NCBI GenBank assembly: GCA_024275415.1
Contig: JAJRZD010000114.1
Span: 33,543-65,542, forward strand
Direction: 5' to 3'
Origin: an archaeon
GTDB taxonomy: Archaea > Asgardarchaeota > Thorarchaeia > Thorarchaeales > Thorarchaeaceae
Length of the DNA: 32,000 nt
Shown here: piece by piece, positions 19,422-28,499 of the stretch
Numbering within the stretch: the first letter of the stretch is position 1
Layout of the letters: each line of letters opens with the position of its first letter
Made by a program: the position numbers and the translations under genes
The notes under the pieces: generated by a model
Told to the model about the DNA's origin: nothing
What the model saw: the letters and a program-made list of their open reading frames with translations, nothing else
Database searches by the model: none

Positions 19422-19715
19422 TCATAGAAATCCGCAAGTTGTGAAGAAGCGAGGAACAAAGACCTCCACGAACAACGAACTCCACATTGACATTGGGATC
19501 GACAGCAACATCTTCAATGCGAAAATAGGAACTCCTTCTTCACGACCACCACTGAGAACCATGATAGCATAAAATCCAAGCCACCTCGAATCCAAGCAAC
19601 CGTGGATCATGTGGGCGAGTCTGTAACAACAGCAGTCGGGGACCTCTGCTGTTTTGACTGGAAACGCAGATTCGCCCCCTCCTCTCTTTCTTCTTGGATC
19701 TTGCCATTTGCTCAC
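19422..19715 (-). CDS. Possible small membrane protein (hypothetical)
   Basis: GTG start overlaps the stop of 19712..21037 (GTGA). Two hydrophobic stretches and a DCCCY cluster. No recognisable homology. Confidence 0.35.
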   Translation of the reverse strand: MSKWQDPRRKRGGGESAFPVKTAEVPDCCCYRLAHMIHGCLDSRWLGFYAIMVLSGGREEGVPIFALKMLLSIPMSMWSSLFVEVFVPRFFTTCGFL

Positions 19716-21037
19716 GCTTCGTCGGGCAATGCATTATGGGCAATCTGCTTTGCCATTTCTTGGATGATAAGGTCGGGGTCTCGAAGTGCATAACCAAGGA
19801 GCACCATAGCATTCTCACGCCTCATCGAGTACAGTATGTTGAGCAGTTCCTTTTTCTGGCTGTGATTCAATATTAAATACAAGCGCGTGAGCATATCAGA
19901 CTCGATAATGGTATTGCCTGTAAGAATTGCCTTTGCAGCATCTAGGTTGAATGCCTTATTAGCAGTCCCGGACAGTCCGCGGATGAGGTCTTCTACGCCC
20001 CTGTCACGCTCCTTAGATGGGATGTCATGTGTCCGCTGAAACCTGATTGATCCTCGCGATGTAATCAGTGATATGGCACGCGCTGCTTTGATTCTCAAGT
20101 TCTGCTCAGTAGACTCGAGGAATGGAGTAAGGTATGCATCGAATCTCGCGTCTCCTTTCTCACCGAGAATTTCAAGAACACTTGATTGGACTACAGGGCG
20201 TTTCAGGCTTAGCAAAGACGCAATCCTGGAAAGATATGCTATTGTGTCGAGAGTCTGATATCTACGCAACGACTCCAGTTGAACGCGTTCATCAGGCGAA
20301 TGGAGGTCATAGAGTATCGCCTGGAGGTTCTGTAGTCCGATCATCTCAGCTGAGAACTGTATCCTCCGCCTTTGTGTCCTTGGAATCAAACCTCTCCATT
20401 GTTCTTCATCCACCTTTACGAGGATATCGTCCTCATCAACGCCAAGATCAGCCAATGCATCAGCAATCCTAATCCAAGCAGAAATGCCAACGACATCCGA
20501 CTGGTTTCGTATTCCCAGTGTAGCAAGCAATTTCCAGCCATAGGAGGTATCGTATAGAGGACGGATATAGTATTTCTTAGAACCCAAGGAGCTTACAGTG
20601 ACGGATGGAACACGCACTTCTCCAAACTCTTGCACACGACGCGTTAACAGGTCATGAATGAATACAGAATAGGGGCCCTCCGCAAGCTCTTCGATCTCAA
20701 GTAGATGTGTCATAAGACACGGATCCCGATCCCGTAGCAGATTCATACAGAAACTCACAACCTTGCCCACAGCCTCATCCTGATTACGGGCATGTGCAAT
20801 GAGTTCCAGTATCTCAAACGCGGACAGCCTGAGTGCTGCATAAATCGGAAATCCATGAACGAAGTAGAATATATGGTCGCGAACTGGAAGGGACAGCTCC
20901 GGGTTCTTTTCCACTTCATCTTTCAGCATTGATGAAATGTCAGAGAGAGTCCCGTTTCGCAAGCTGTTTTGCAAGAAGAAACCACTGCTAGAAAAATCGT
21001 GCTTTCGAACTGATTCTATAAAATCTGTGGGAGTCAA
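19712..21037 (-). CDS. HEAT-repeat protein with N-terminal domain related to the LRR protein C-terminus
   Basis: HEAT/PBS-lyase-like units (VVQSSVLEILGEKGD...LRIKAARAI; ALRDPDLIIQEMA) and IRPLYDTSYGWKLL. TTG start behind GTGAGG. Confidence 0.8.
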   Translation of the reverse strand: MTPTDFIESVRKHDFSSSGFFLQNSLRNGTLSDISSMLKDEVEKNPELSLPVRDHIFYFVHGFPIYAALRLSAFEILELIAHARNQDEAVGKVVSFCMNLLRDRDPCLMTHLLEIEELAEGPYSVFIHDLLTRRVQEFGEVRVPSVTVSSLGSKKYYIRPLYDTSYGWKLLATLGIRNQSDVVGISAWIRIADALADLGVDEDDILVKVDEEQWRGLIPRTQRRRIQFSAEMIGLQNLQAILYDLHSPDERVQLESLRRYQTLDTIAYLSRIASLLSLKRPVVQSSVLEILGEKGDARFDAYLTPFLESTEQNLRIKAARAISLITSRGSIRFQRTHDIPSKERDRGVEDLIRGLSGTANKAFNLDAAKAILTGNTIIESDMLTRLYLILNHSQKKELLNILYSMRRENAMVLLGYALRDPDLIIQEMAKQIAHNALPDEA

Positions 21038-21123
21038 AGGTGCCTCACATGCCTCGGCAAATAGAAGCGATATCCGCTGTGGGCAAGTGAAGCACCTGTG
21101 TTATATCCATACCGAACGAGCAG

Positions 21124-21399
21124 TCACGACCCTACAGAGCCGTCGCGCATCTTATGGACAATGAAGCATTTCTGTCGGTATGCCTGCTCCTCGAGCTCAT
21201 TGATGAAATTCTCGAGTTGTTTCACCCGAGTGAACTCTTCTTCGAGCCCGAGGTCGCGAACGGTCAGATACGCCTTTTTTTGATCAATGCGGACATAGAG
21301 GCCTCCTAGGCCCACATTGTGTTTCATATACACGGGGTCCTCCTGGTTTTTGACCCTGTAAAATCCTTGTCTCCTAAGCATTCTTGTGAACATCATCAT
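21124..21399 (-). CDS. Hypothetical protein
   Basis: 91-aa ORF with protein-like composition, SD-like GGAGGG just upstream and a TATA element further upstream. Confidence 0.75.
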   Translation of the reverse strand: MMMFTRMLRRQGFYRVKNQEDPVYMKHNVGLGGLYVRIDQKKAYLTVRDLGLEEEFTRVKQLENFINELEEQAYRQKCFIVHKMRDGSVGS

Positions 21400-21435
21400 T
21401 TTTTGTCAAGCCCTCCCGGCGGTCAAGACATGATG

Positions 21436-21459
21436 GTACACGTTTACTTCTATATAAAA
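21436..21459 (-). promoter_or_regulatory. TATA box with adjacent 12-bp near-palindrome GTACACGTTTAC
   Basis: Minus strand reads TTTTATATA (21459-21451), then the palindrome (21447-21436), upstream of ORF 21399. Confidence 0.55.
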
Positions 21460-21848
21460 TATCCCCTAGAGTTGTGTAAACGTTTGATTAAAATCGAGGG
21501 CATTGTATTGAGATAATAGTAATATTATTGATAAAAAAGGTGATTTTGTGCAGTCATTATATAAGTACTATTACACATCACAGCCATATCGTCTTTTGTA
21601 ATTCCACATGATATGACGAGGCGCCAAATACGTTTACTCGTTTTCGGTGAATAGTACCCATTGTTTATCCACGCGTTTACTAAATGGAAGTGCCAACGTG
21701 TACAGACAAGAATATTCAGATCCCTAATCCCGGGTTATGTTATGTTATGTAATGGGATTCCAAGGTGAGTAGGAGTAGACGACCAAGAAGGTGCAGTGGC
21801 AAGCCTTAAAATCCCTATAACATCCTCCAGAGAACAGGGAAAAAACAA

Positions 21849-22397
21849 ATGCAAGACATCTTCGCCGATATCATCAATTCCATAGCCACTTTGTTGGATC
21901 CAGTGGCATCAATGCCGAATTCAGCGTGGTTCATTGTTCTCGTCAGTGTTTCGCTCGCACTGGTTTCAATCATAGCAACAAAGCTGCTCACTGATGTCGA
22001 AGAGATGAAAGAAAACATGGAACGGATAAAGGAATGGCAGGCGAAAGCGAATGAGGCTAGGAAGTCCCAAGATCCGAGGCTCCTTCAGGAAGTCATGGAC
22101 AGTCAGTCGCAAATCATGTCACTTCAAGGAAAGATGATGAGCGCACGATGCAAGCCAATGCTCATTTACTACATCCCCTTCCTGCTCATCTTCGCTGTTC
22201 TGGCAGCAGTCTACGGTAACACTGCTGTGGCAATCCTTCCGTTCAATGCACAAGATGCTCTCCCGTTCCTTGATGGTTGGATGGGATATAATGTGCCCGG
22301 AGCAGGATTTGGCATGACCTACTTCTGGTGGTATTTGCTCTCAAGCCTAGGACTCGGAAATCTGATCAGGAAAGCCGCGGGCCTCCAGATTATGTAA
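21849..22397 (+). CDS. EMC3/TMCO1 family (DUF106) Oxa1-superfamily membrane insertase
   Basis: TM1, coiled coil (MKENMERIKEWQAKANEARK), then CKPMLIYYIPFLLIF and WWYLLSSLGLGNLIRKAAGL. Confidence 0.9.
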   Translation: MQDIFADIINSIATLLDPVASMPNSAWFIVLVSVSLALVSIIATKLLTDVEEMKENMERIKEWQAKANEARKSQDPRLLQEVMDSQSQIMSLQGKMMSARCKPMLIYYIPFLLIFAVLAAVYGNTAVAILPFNAQDALPFLDGWMGYNVPGAGFGMTYFWWYLLSSLGLGNLIRKAAGLQIM

Positions 22398-22748
22398 ATT
22401 ACTACAAACTGTGAATACAGACCTATCTGAACCTGTACGAATAGAGTATGTCATCACATTGTTTGTGAAAAGACGACACAACAGGTTCGGCCCCCGTGAG
22501 GTGGACGGAGTTTCATACCGCCTGTGACACCCAGTATCCTCCTAGTAGACACATAGAGTTCCGAGTTACCATCCTCTCAAGGTCAAGAATGACACACACC
22601 AAAAGGTTTCTCCATCGTCACGATTCTGATTAACATACCGTATCAGGTTTACAGAATCTTTAGTTTCTGCAAGCAACGGTGTGGAATATCACGTTCACTC
22701 TTCATTTGAAAGATTGCAATATGAATTGAGAACAGGATGTTGGTAAGC

Positions 22749-22755
22749 TTTATAA
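22749..22755 (+). promoter_or_regulatory. TATA box, probably for a leaderless MTase transcript
   Basis: TTTATAA ends 24 nt upstream of ATG 22779. Confidence 0.45.
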
Positions 22756-22778
22756 CCTTAACAAATACTATCGGGGTT

Positions 22779-25031
22779 ATGGATGTCGTAGAGGAGCATT
22801 GGTTAACTATCCGTGAAGCAGCAATTATGCTTAATGTATCTGAGAATACCTTAAGGAATTGGGATGCAAGTGGAAAATTCAAAGCGGAACGACATCCATT
22901 GAACAACTACAGATTATATCGGGAATCTGATGTTCGAAAACTTGGGAGAATATTAACAGGTGGGAACGACGAGTATTATGAGGAAAACAAGATGGAAACG
23001 GTCTTGCGCAAGCTCTCGTTCTCTCAAACAGTGAAGCAACTGAATCGTCTTTATCGTGATCATGACATGGATTTGATGACACGCTTTGAAGAGATTTCGA
23101 AAATACTATTTTGCAAATTCCTCGATGATCAGAAAGTGAAAAACAACAGTCGAAGCCAATTTGCTATCAGAAATGGTGAGTCTGCACAAGATGTTTACAA
23201 CAAAATTAGCAGATTCTATCTCGAGTCCCTACCTGATGGAGTAGATAGCAGAGGTGGAATTGCCACAAATCACACTGCGATCCTTAATGCTGTAAGACTT
23301 CTGAAAACAATAGATCTCTCCGAATATGATGAGGACATCAAGGGTACAACGTACGAAGAGATGATAAAAAATACATTTGAAGCTAATGAAAATCAGCAGT
23401 ACTTCACGCCTCGTCGGCTCGTGGATTTTATGGTCGAGTTGGCAAATCCACAACCTACTGAAAATCTCTGTGATCCCGCATGTGGTACAGGAGGGTTTTT
23501 GATTGCGACTCTTAAGAAAATTCGACGTGAGATGCGGTTCGAGGAAAAGTCAAACATAGATTCTGAATTATATAATTATTCACAAGAAAAAATGCTAGGC
23601 ATTGAAGTTGACTCACGTATTGCGTGGATTGCACAATTGAATTGCTACTTGCACGGTGGATCCGCCACTTCTATCCATCATCTATCGGATGGAGGCTCCC
23701 TCTCGCTTGATAATGGTTCTCTTGAAATACTACCCGACAGTTCACAGGACATAATTATAACTAACCCTCCATTTGGTTCCGATTTTACTGATGTGAAAAA
23801 TCTTGAGAGATACCGATGTGGGCAAGAAAAGAAATCTGTACGAAGAGGGGTTTTGTTCGTAGAAAGATGTCTTCGTGCACTGAAAGCCGGAGGCCGATTA
23901 GTCATAATAGTAGATGATAGTATACTTAATTCACAGAACAATGAAATGATTAGACGAGTGATCACAAAAGAATCAAATGTTTTGGCAGTGATTAGCCTCC
24001 CAGATGAAATGTTTATGCCTTACGCAACGGTGAAATCTTCTGTGTTGTTGTTGAGGAAAAAACATCCTAATGATACTAATCAAGTTCAAACTTTTATGGC
24101 CGAGCTGAAGGATATCGGAAAACGGAACATGAGAAGTACTACTTATCTCTCATCTATGATGGACGAAGGGCCGAGTGATTTTGCACATGTACTAGATATG
24201 TGGCAGAAACATCAACTTGGTAAGAGAATAGAATCGCATGATGAATCTATATGCTTTGTATCAAGACTGGATCTAGGTAAATCAAATCCTACATGCCGTT
24301 TAGATACAACATTTCACCATCCTGCAAAAATGGCTGCCCTCGGGACACTATCATCCGCAAAGTACTCAATCCGGGCTTTGTCGGAGCTATTCACACTCAG
24401 AAATGAAACGGTTATTCCCGCAGTGTCGTACCCTGACGAAGAGATTCCATATTTGGGTCTAGCTGACATCGAGAAGGAAACAGGATGCTACCAAATCCGA
24501 TTCCTAAGAGGGTCACAAATAAAAAGTGCTGTCAAAAAGTTTTACCCAGGAGATATCCTATTTGCCAAATTGCGTCCCCAATTAAGAAAAGTGGTTTTTG
24601 TTCGGGAGGAGGGTTATTGTTCATCAGAATGCTTGGTTCTTTGCCTCAAAGGAAGAAACAATAGACCAATACAACAGACTCTTATCGAACTGCCAAATGG
24701 AACGAGTCCAGATCAACCAGGAATTGACGTTTGTCCCGAATTCATTAGTATTGTCCTCCGGAGTAATCTTGTTCAAGGTCAGATTAGACATCAGGTGACC
24801 GGCATAGGAAGACCTCGAATATCCACTAAGGTCGTTATGAGAATAAAAATACCAATACCGCCCTTGAAAGAACAAGAAAAACTTGTAAAACAATTCCAAA
24901 CCGAAGCAGAAACTGCATATGCCTTACATAAGCAGGGTGAACTGATGCTGGTCCAATCCAAACGAACACTAAAACTCGCTCACGAGAACATAATAGAATC
25001 GCTTCACAAACGCAAACCAAATAGTCTATAG
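22779..25031 (+). CDS. Amino-DNA methyltransferase (HsdM-like) fused to an N-terminal MerR/Xis-type HTH and a single C-terminal TRD
   Basis: HTH LTIREAAIMLNVSENTLRNWD, QQYFTPR, motif I CDPACGTGGFL, motif IV NPPF, TRD/CR GDILFAKLRP...GRPRI...IPIPPLKEQEKLV. Start ATG 22779 preferred over 22737. Confidence 0.92.
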   Translation: MDVVEEHWLTIREAAIMLNVSENTLRNWDASGKFKAERHPLNNYRLYRESDVRKLGRILTGGNDEYYEENKMETVLRKLSFSQTVKQLNRLYRDHDMDLMTRFEEISKILFCKFLDDQKVKNNSRSQFAIRNGESAQDVYNKISRFYLESLPDGVDSRGGIATNHTAILNAVRLLKTIDLSEYDEDIKGTTYEEMIKNTFEANENQQYFTPRRLVDFMVELANPQPTENLCDPACGTGGFLIATLKKIRREMRFEEKSNIDSELYNYSQEKMLGIEVDSRIAWIAQLNCYLHGGSATSIHHLSDGGSLSLDNGSLEILPDSSQDIIITNPPFGSDFTDVKNLERYRCGQEKKSVRRGVLFVERCLRALKAGGRLVIIVDDSILNSQNNEMIRRVITKESNVLAVISLPDEMFMPYATVKSSVLLLRKKHPNDTNQVQTFMAELKDIGKRNMRSTTYLSSMMDEGPSDFAHVLDMWQKHQLGKRIESHDESICFVSRLDLGKSNPTCRLDTTFHHPAKMAALGTLSSAKYSIRALSELFTLRNETVIPAVSYPDEEIPYLGLADIEKETGCYQIRFLRGSQIKSAVKKFYPGDILFAKLRPQLRKVVFVREEGYCSSECLVLCLKGRNNRPIQQTLIELPNGTSPDQPGIDVCPEFISIVLRSNLVQGQIRHQVTGIGRPRISTKVVMRIKIPIPPLKEQEKLVKQFQTEAETAYALHKQGELMLVQSKRTLKLAHENIIESLHKRKPNSL

Positions 25032-26054
25032 GTGCCTTTTAAGTATCTCCCAAATCTCATCATCAGTGAGGAGATTCATTTTCTTCATACTATCTTGTTT
25101 TGCTTTGCCAGCATATATAGTGCATTGGAACTTTGGGTTGATCAAAATCCACCATTGGTTTTCAATGGAAATTGTGTCCATTATTGTGCTGCGTACTGGT
25201 ACGTTATCGATAATATCCGTATAACGGAATACAAGAGCAAACTTGTTACCATTTTTTTCAATGTCAAGCCAACTGAAACATTTTGTATTGTCATGGCGTA
25301 TTGACGTTATAGCTTGATTTTCATCAGCAATTTTCATGACGCGTTCGAGAAAGTACTCCGCCCTCGTTTTATCAAAGTTCTTAAGAAATAACCTAAAGTC
25401 ATTGATTTCTCTTCTCTCCGAGTCACTAAAATAATGTGATTTTAGAATATCTGATTTAATTGATTTTGCAATTCGACCAAGCTTGCCCAAATTCTCTTCT
25501 TCTCGTTTCCAATACCCATTACCTTTCAGGGAAGCGCCATCAAGTAGGATCTGCGTGCTATCGGCCTTCAACCATCCATAGTTTCTCATCTTTGCAATGG
25601 CCCTTGCCTCAAATACGCCTACATCCAAGATATTTGGATGAAAGCTATCATAGGTTTCAGTATTCTCATAAACAATTATCATCAATAATCCTGACGGGGG
25701 TATCCAAGCAATTGGTGTTGTGAGATTTCCTGCATATTCTTCGGCATTCAAATCAAGACATTTTATTTCAATCCAATACATCTTATCCCCAAGTTTTAGA
25801 TATATATCTCCAAACCTGTTGGAAACAATATAACCTGAAGATCCTTCACCAAGTATATCATTTAGCATATGAGGCATTGAATATTCCAAGAGTATTCCAA
25901 TCCGGCCTCTTCGATCAGTTAGATTACGATTATTCATCACCCGCGGAAATGAAGCCTCCGTGGACATTAAATCCCTAGCAAGTTGATTAAGCCTTGAAAG
26001 AAGATTATCCTTCTGAATTCCAAATCTGTATATGCCTTGTTGGATATCTATCAT
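25026..26054 (-). CDS. Putative PD-(D/E)xK restriction endonuclease
   Basis: LLEY...FGDIYLKLGDKMYWIEIK (E...D-x-ExK arrangement). Convergent with the MTase in a low-GC segment. Confidence 0.65.
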   Translation of the reverse strand: MIDIQQGIYRFGIQKDNLLSRLNQLARDLMSTEASFPRVMNNRNLTDRRGRIGILLEYSMPHMLNDILGEGSSGYIVSNRFGDIYLKLGDKMYWIEIKCLDLNAEEYAGNLTTPIAWIPPSGLLMIIVYENTETYDSFHPNILDVGVFEARAIAKMRNYGWLKADSTQILLDGASLKGNGYWKREEENLGKLGRIAKSIKSDILKSHYFSDSERREINDFRLFLKNFDKTRAEYFLERVMKIADENQAITSIRHDNTKCFSWLDIEKNGNKFALVFRYTDIIDNVPVRSTIMDTISIENQWWILINPKFQCTIYAGKAKQDSMKKMNLLTDDEIWEILKRHL

Positions 26055-26540
26055 TCATTTCACCTCTGTTCGCTCCTTTATATGAATCCGAATTCTCTCA
26101 ATTTGAAGATAGAATTCATCAGAATAGCCATCACTAATACCACAACAATATGAAATGAACCTGACAAAATCAAGTCTAAAGGGATATCTGCAGTCATCCC
26201 ATACTAATTCAAAAGACTTCCCATCATCCTCGTCACTCTCAATTATCGTTCCAACTAGTTCATATCCCACTTCCTTGAATTTTTCCTCCCTCCTGTTAGA
26301 AAACTTTTTCATTATCAGAGAAACACACTCGTTATTTTTGACAAGATGAAAAACGAACTTTCTAACACATTTCTTCTTCAATTTTGTTCGAAACTCTGCG
26401 GGACAAAAGATTATCTCAATTATGTCTCCTTTTGGGTCATCAAATTTACTCTCTAACACTTGATGGGTATATTTACCCTGCGAAACATCCTTTGATAATT
26501 GTGCTGCTTGATTCAAGGCATCTATCAATGCTGCTATCAT
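26055..26540 (-). CDS. Hypothetical protein co-transcribed with the putative nuclease
   Basis: Its TGA directly abuts the next ATG, with GAGGTGA SD overlapping. Low GC. Confidence 0.7.
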   Translation of the reverse strand: MIAALIDALNQAAQLSKDVSQGKYTHQVLESKFDDPKGDIIEIIFCPAEFRTKLKKKCVRKFVFHLVKNNECVSLIMKKFSNRREEKFKEVGYELVGTIIESDEDDGKSFELVWDDCRYPFRLDFVRFISYCCGISDGYSDEFYLQIERIRIHIKERTEVK

Positions 26541-26725
26541 ATTCCCACAGATTGTGTGCCATAATTTGAAATAGAATAATACACAACCAAGTTATCCTTC
26601 AGGAATGGATGTCTGAATCTGAACACATAGAGTGTAGAGTGTCTGAATTTGGCACACACAAAGGGGCAATAGTCCGCAAGTACTAAATACGGTTCGGGCA
26701 ATCCACCGTATTGAGTTGTATGTAC

Positions 26726-27105
26726 ATGATAGAGAGGAGGTTAACCCCTAAGATATTCTGCTTGTAGTTGCTGTATCTTTGTTAATGATTCCCATTGTAT
26801 CAGCACAGACAACATTGTATCCGAATGCGACTCTTGAAAATGAGTCGATGTGGGGAAGGAACGAGGTAGCTTACGAAAGCAACCTTTACCAAGTATCTCT
26901 TGAAGATGGACATTGGACTGTTGTAGTTCAAACCACGTTTGACCTTGAAGTGAAAATCACTGTTGCGACAGATAGTAATATGAATAACACGATAGCTACG
27001 AGTGGGTCTGATTGGGGGAACTTTCCTCGGGTAGACTTCGACCTTGCTTCCAATGATACGGTGGCGGTCAGATACCGAATCGGGATACGCCTAGGTGGAA
27101 GATAG
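26726..27105 (+). pseudogene. Remnant of a secreted protein gene, frameshift in signal peptide
   Basis: ATG 26726 gives MIERRLTPKI in one frame, while ILLVVAVSLLMIPIVSA-QTT lies in another. Restoring one base gives a Sec signal peptide. Confidence 0.5.
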
Positions 27106-27191
27106 TCGATTGTGTTGTGCTGGAAACGATGGGTGTAAGGTCATAGCCGAATGGAGTAATGTTTTATGGAACGAGGCCTACATGAGAGGTC

Positions 27192-28397
27192 ATGACCTCT
27201 GAGGAAGTTTCGAAGGTATATTTCGGTTCAATAATACATGGCAACCCTGGAGCTTTTGCTTCGATCACAGCCAAGCTGGACAAAATCATTGAGGAATTGG
27301 ATTTCTCTACCATTGACAAGAAGGACAAGGTTGCCATCAAGATGCATCTGGGCTTTAGAGATGGCTACCAGACAGTCCCTGTCTTCTTCGTACGCCGTGT
27401 CGTAGAAGCGGTGAAGGCTGTCGGAGCATTCCCGTTCGTCACGGACAATCCAACCGCCGTGTACAACGCTGCTGAAAGAGGTTACACATCTGAGACGTGT
27501 GGATGCCCTATCATCCCAATCGCAGGTGTCAAGGACGGCTATACAGAAAAGGTCGAGTTCAACTTCCATAATGTGGACTCTCTCGAGCTCTCAGGCGTGT
27601 TGCGAGATGCAGATGCATTGATTGACCTCACCCATGTCAAGGGGCACAACTCTTGTGGGTACGGAGGAGCCGTTAAGAACATCGCTTTGGGAGGGTATCA
27701 TGGTCCGAGCCGGTGGAGAAAGATCCATGGCGTAGAGTCAAGCATTCCCTACTGGGACCCTGAGAAGTGCACTCCCGAACACGCCAAGAAGCTCGTGGAG
27801 GCATGTCCTGACGGACACATCAAATATGATGAAGACAACCACAAGTTGAATGTCGCCTTTGGTATGTGCAATCAATGTCTCAAATGCATGGATGCCGACA
27901 AAGATGTAGGATGCTTGGATCTCAAACCCGAGAACTACGCGCTGTTCCAAGAACTCATGGCAAAGGGAGCAAAGGCTGTGTTAGACACCTTTGACATGAA
28001 CAAGGTGTTCTTCTTGAATTTCTTGATAGACATCACCGCACTTTGTGACTGCTGGGGAATTGGGCAACCGCCAGTTGTGAATGATATCGGTATTCTTGGG
28101 AGCAGGGATATTGCCGCTATCGAGCAGGCTACACTTGATCTCATCGCAAAAGAAGGACTTATCGAGAGCATGATCCCTCCGTTCTTTAGAAACCTCAACC
28201 TTGACCCTGCAGACGACCTCCATCCATTCCAACGGCTCCATGGCCCTTGGAAAGACCCTTACCTGACCCCGAAGTACTGTGAAGAACTGGGTCTTGGAAA
28301 GAGTGACTATGAACTTGTGGAAATCCTCTCGGTAGACGAGGTGCGAGGTATGAAAGCTCCTTCAGGGGTTAGCGAAACCCAGCCATCATTCTTTTGA
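27192..28397 (+). CDS. DUF362 domain Fe-S protein
   Basis: VAIKMHLG, PFVTDN, LTHVKGH...YGGAVKNIALG, ferredoxin-like CP and CNQCLKC, ITALCDC, DIAAIEQA. Confidence 0.9.
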   Translation: MTSEEVSKVYFGSIIHGNPGAFASITAKLDKIIEELDFSTIDKKDKVAIKMHLGFRDGYQTVPVFFVRRVVEAVKAVGAFPFVTDNPTAVYNAAERGYTSETCGCPIIPIAGVKDGYTEKVEFNFHNVDSLELSGVLRDADALIDLTHVKGHNSCGYGGAVKNIALGGYHGPSRWRKIHGVESSIPYWDPEKCTPEHAKKLVEACPDGHIKYDEDNHKLNVAFGMCNQCLKCMDADKDVGCLDLKPENYALFQELMAKGAKAVLDTFDMNKVFFLNFLIDITALCDCWGIGQPPVVNDIGILGSRDIAAIEQATLDLIAKEGLIESMIPPFFRNLNLDPADDLHPFQRLHGPWKDPYLTPKYCEELGLGKSDYELVEILSVDEVRGMKAPSGVSETQPSFF

Positions 28398-28443
28398 AAT
28401 CAACTGTTTCACATAAGTAGAATATTGCTACAGCGTCTGCAGG

Positions 28444-28487
28444 AAAAAAGAAGTACGGCCCCCACAACCTAATGTGGGGGATTCCGT
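28444..28487 (-). terminator. GC hairpin plus U-tract downstream of the surface protein gene
   Basis: CCCCCACA (28459-28466), 6-nt loop, TGTGGGGG (28473-28480), and an A6 tract at 28444-28449 (U-tract on the minus strand). Confidence 0.6.
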
Positions 28488-28499
28488 TTAGAGATAAAC

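Larger units (their letters stand above)
22560..26622. mobile_element. Low-GC restriction-modification island (no integrase or transposase in view)
   Basis: Visibly lower GC than the flanks, defence gene content, and an 11-bp direct repeat ACACATAGAGT at 22549 and 26623. Confidence 0.45.

Noticed and set aside
22484-22520. tRNA fragment as integration site (GGTTCG T-loop-like)
   Set aside because: No T-stem or acceptor-stem pairing. The similar GGTTCAAA near 873 also fails.
27192-28397. Functional link between DUF362 and larB
   Set aside because: They are 12 kb apart with unrelated genes between, and larC/larE are not in view.
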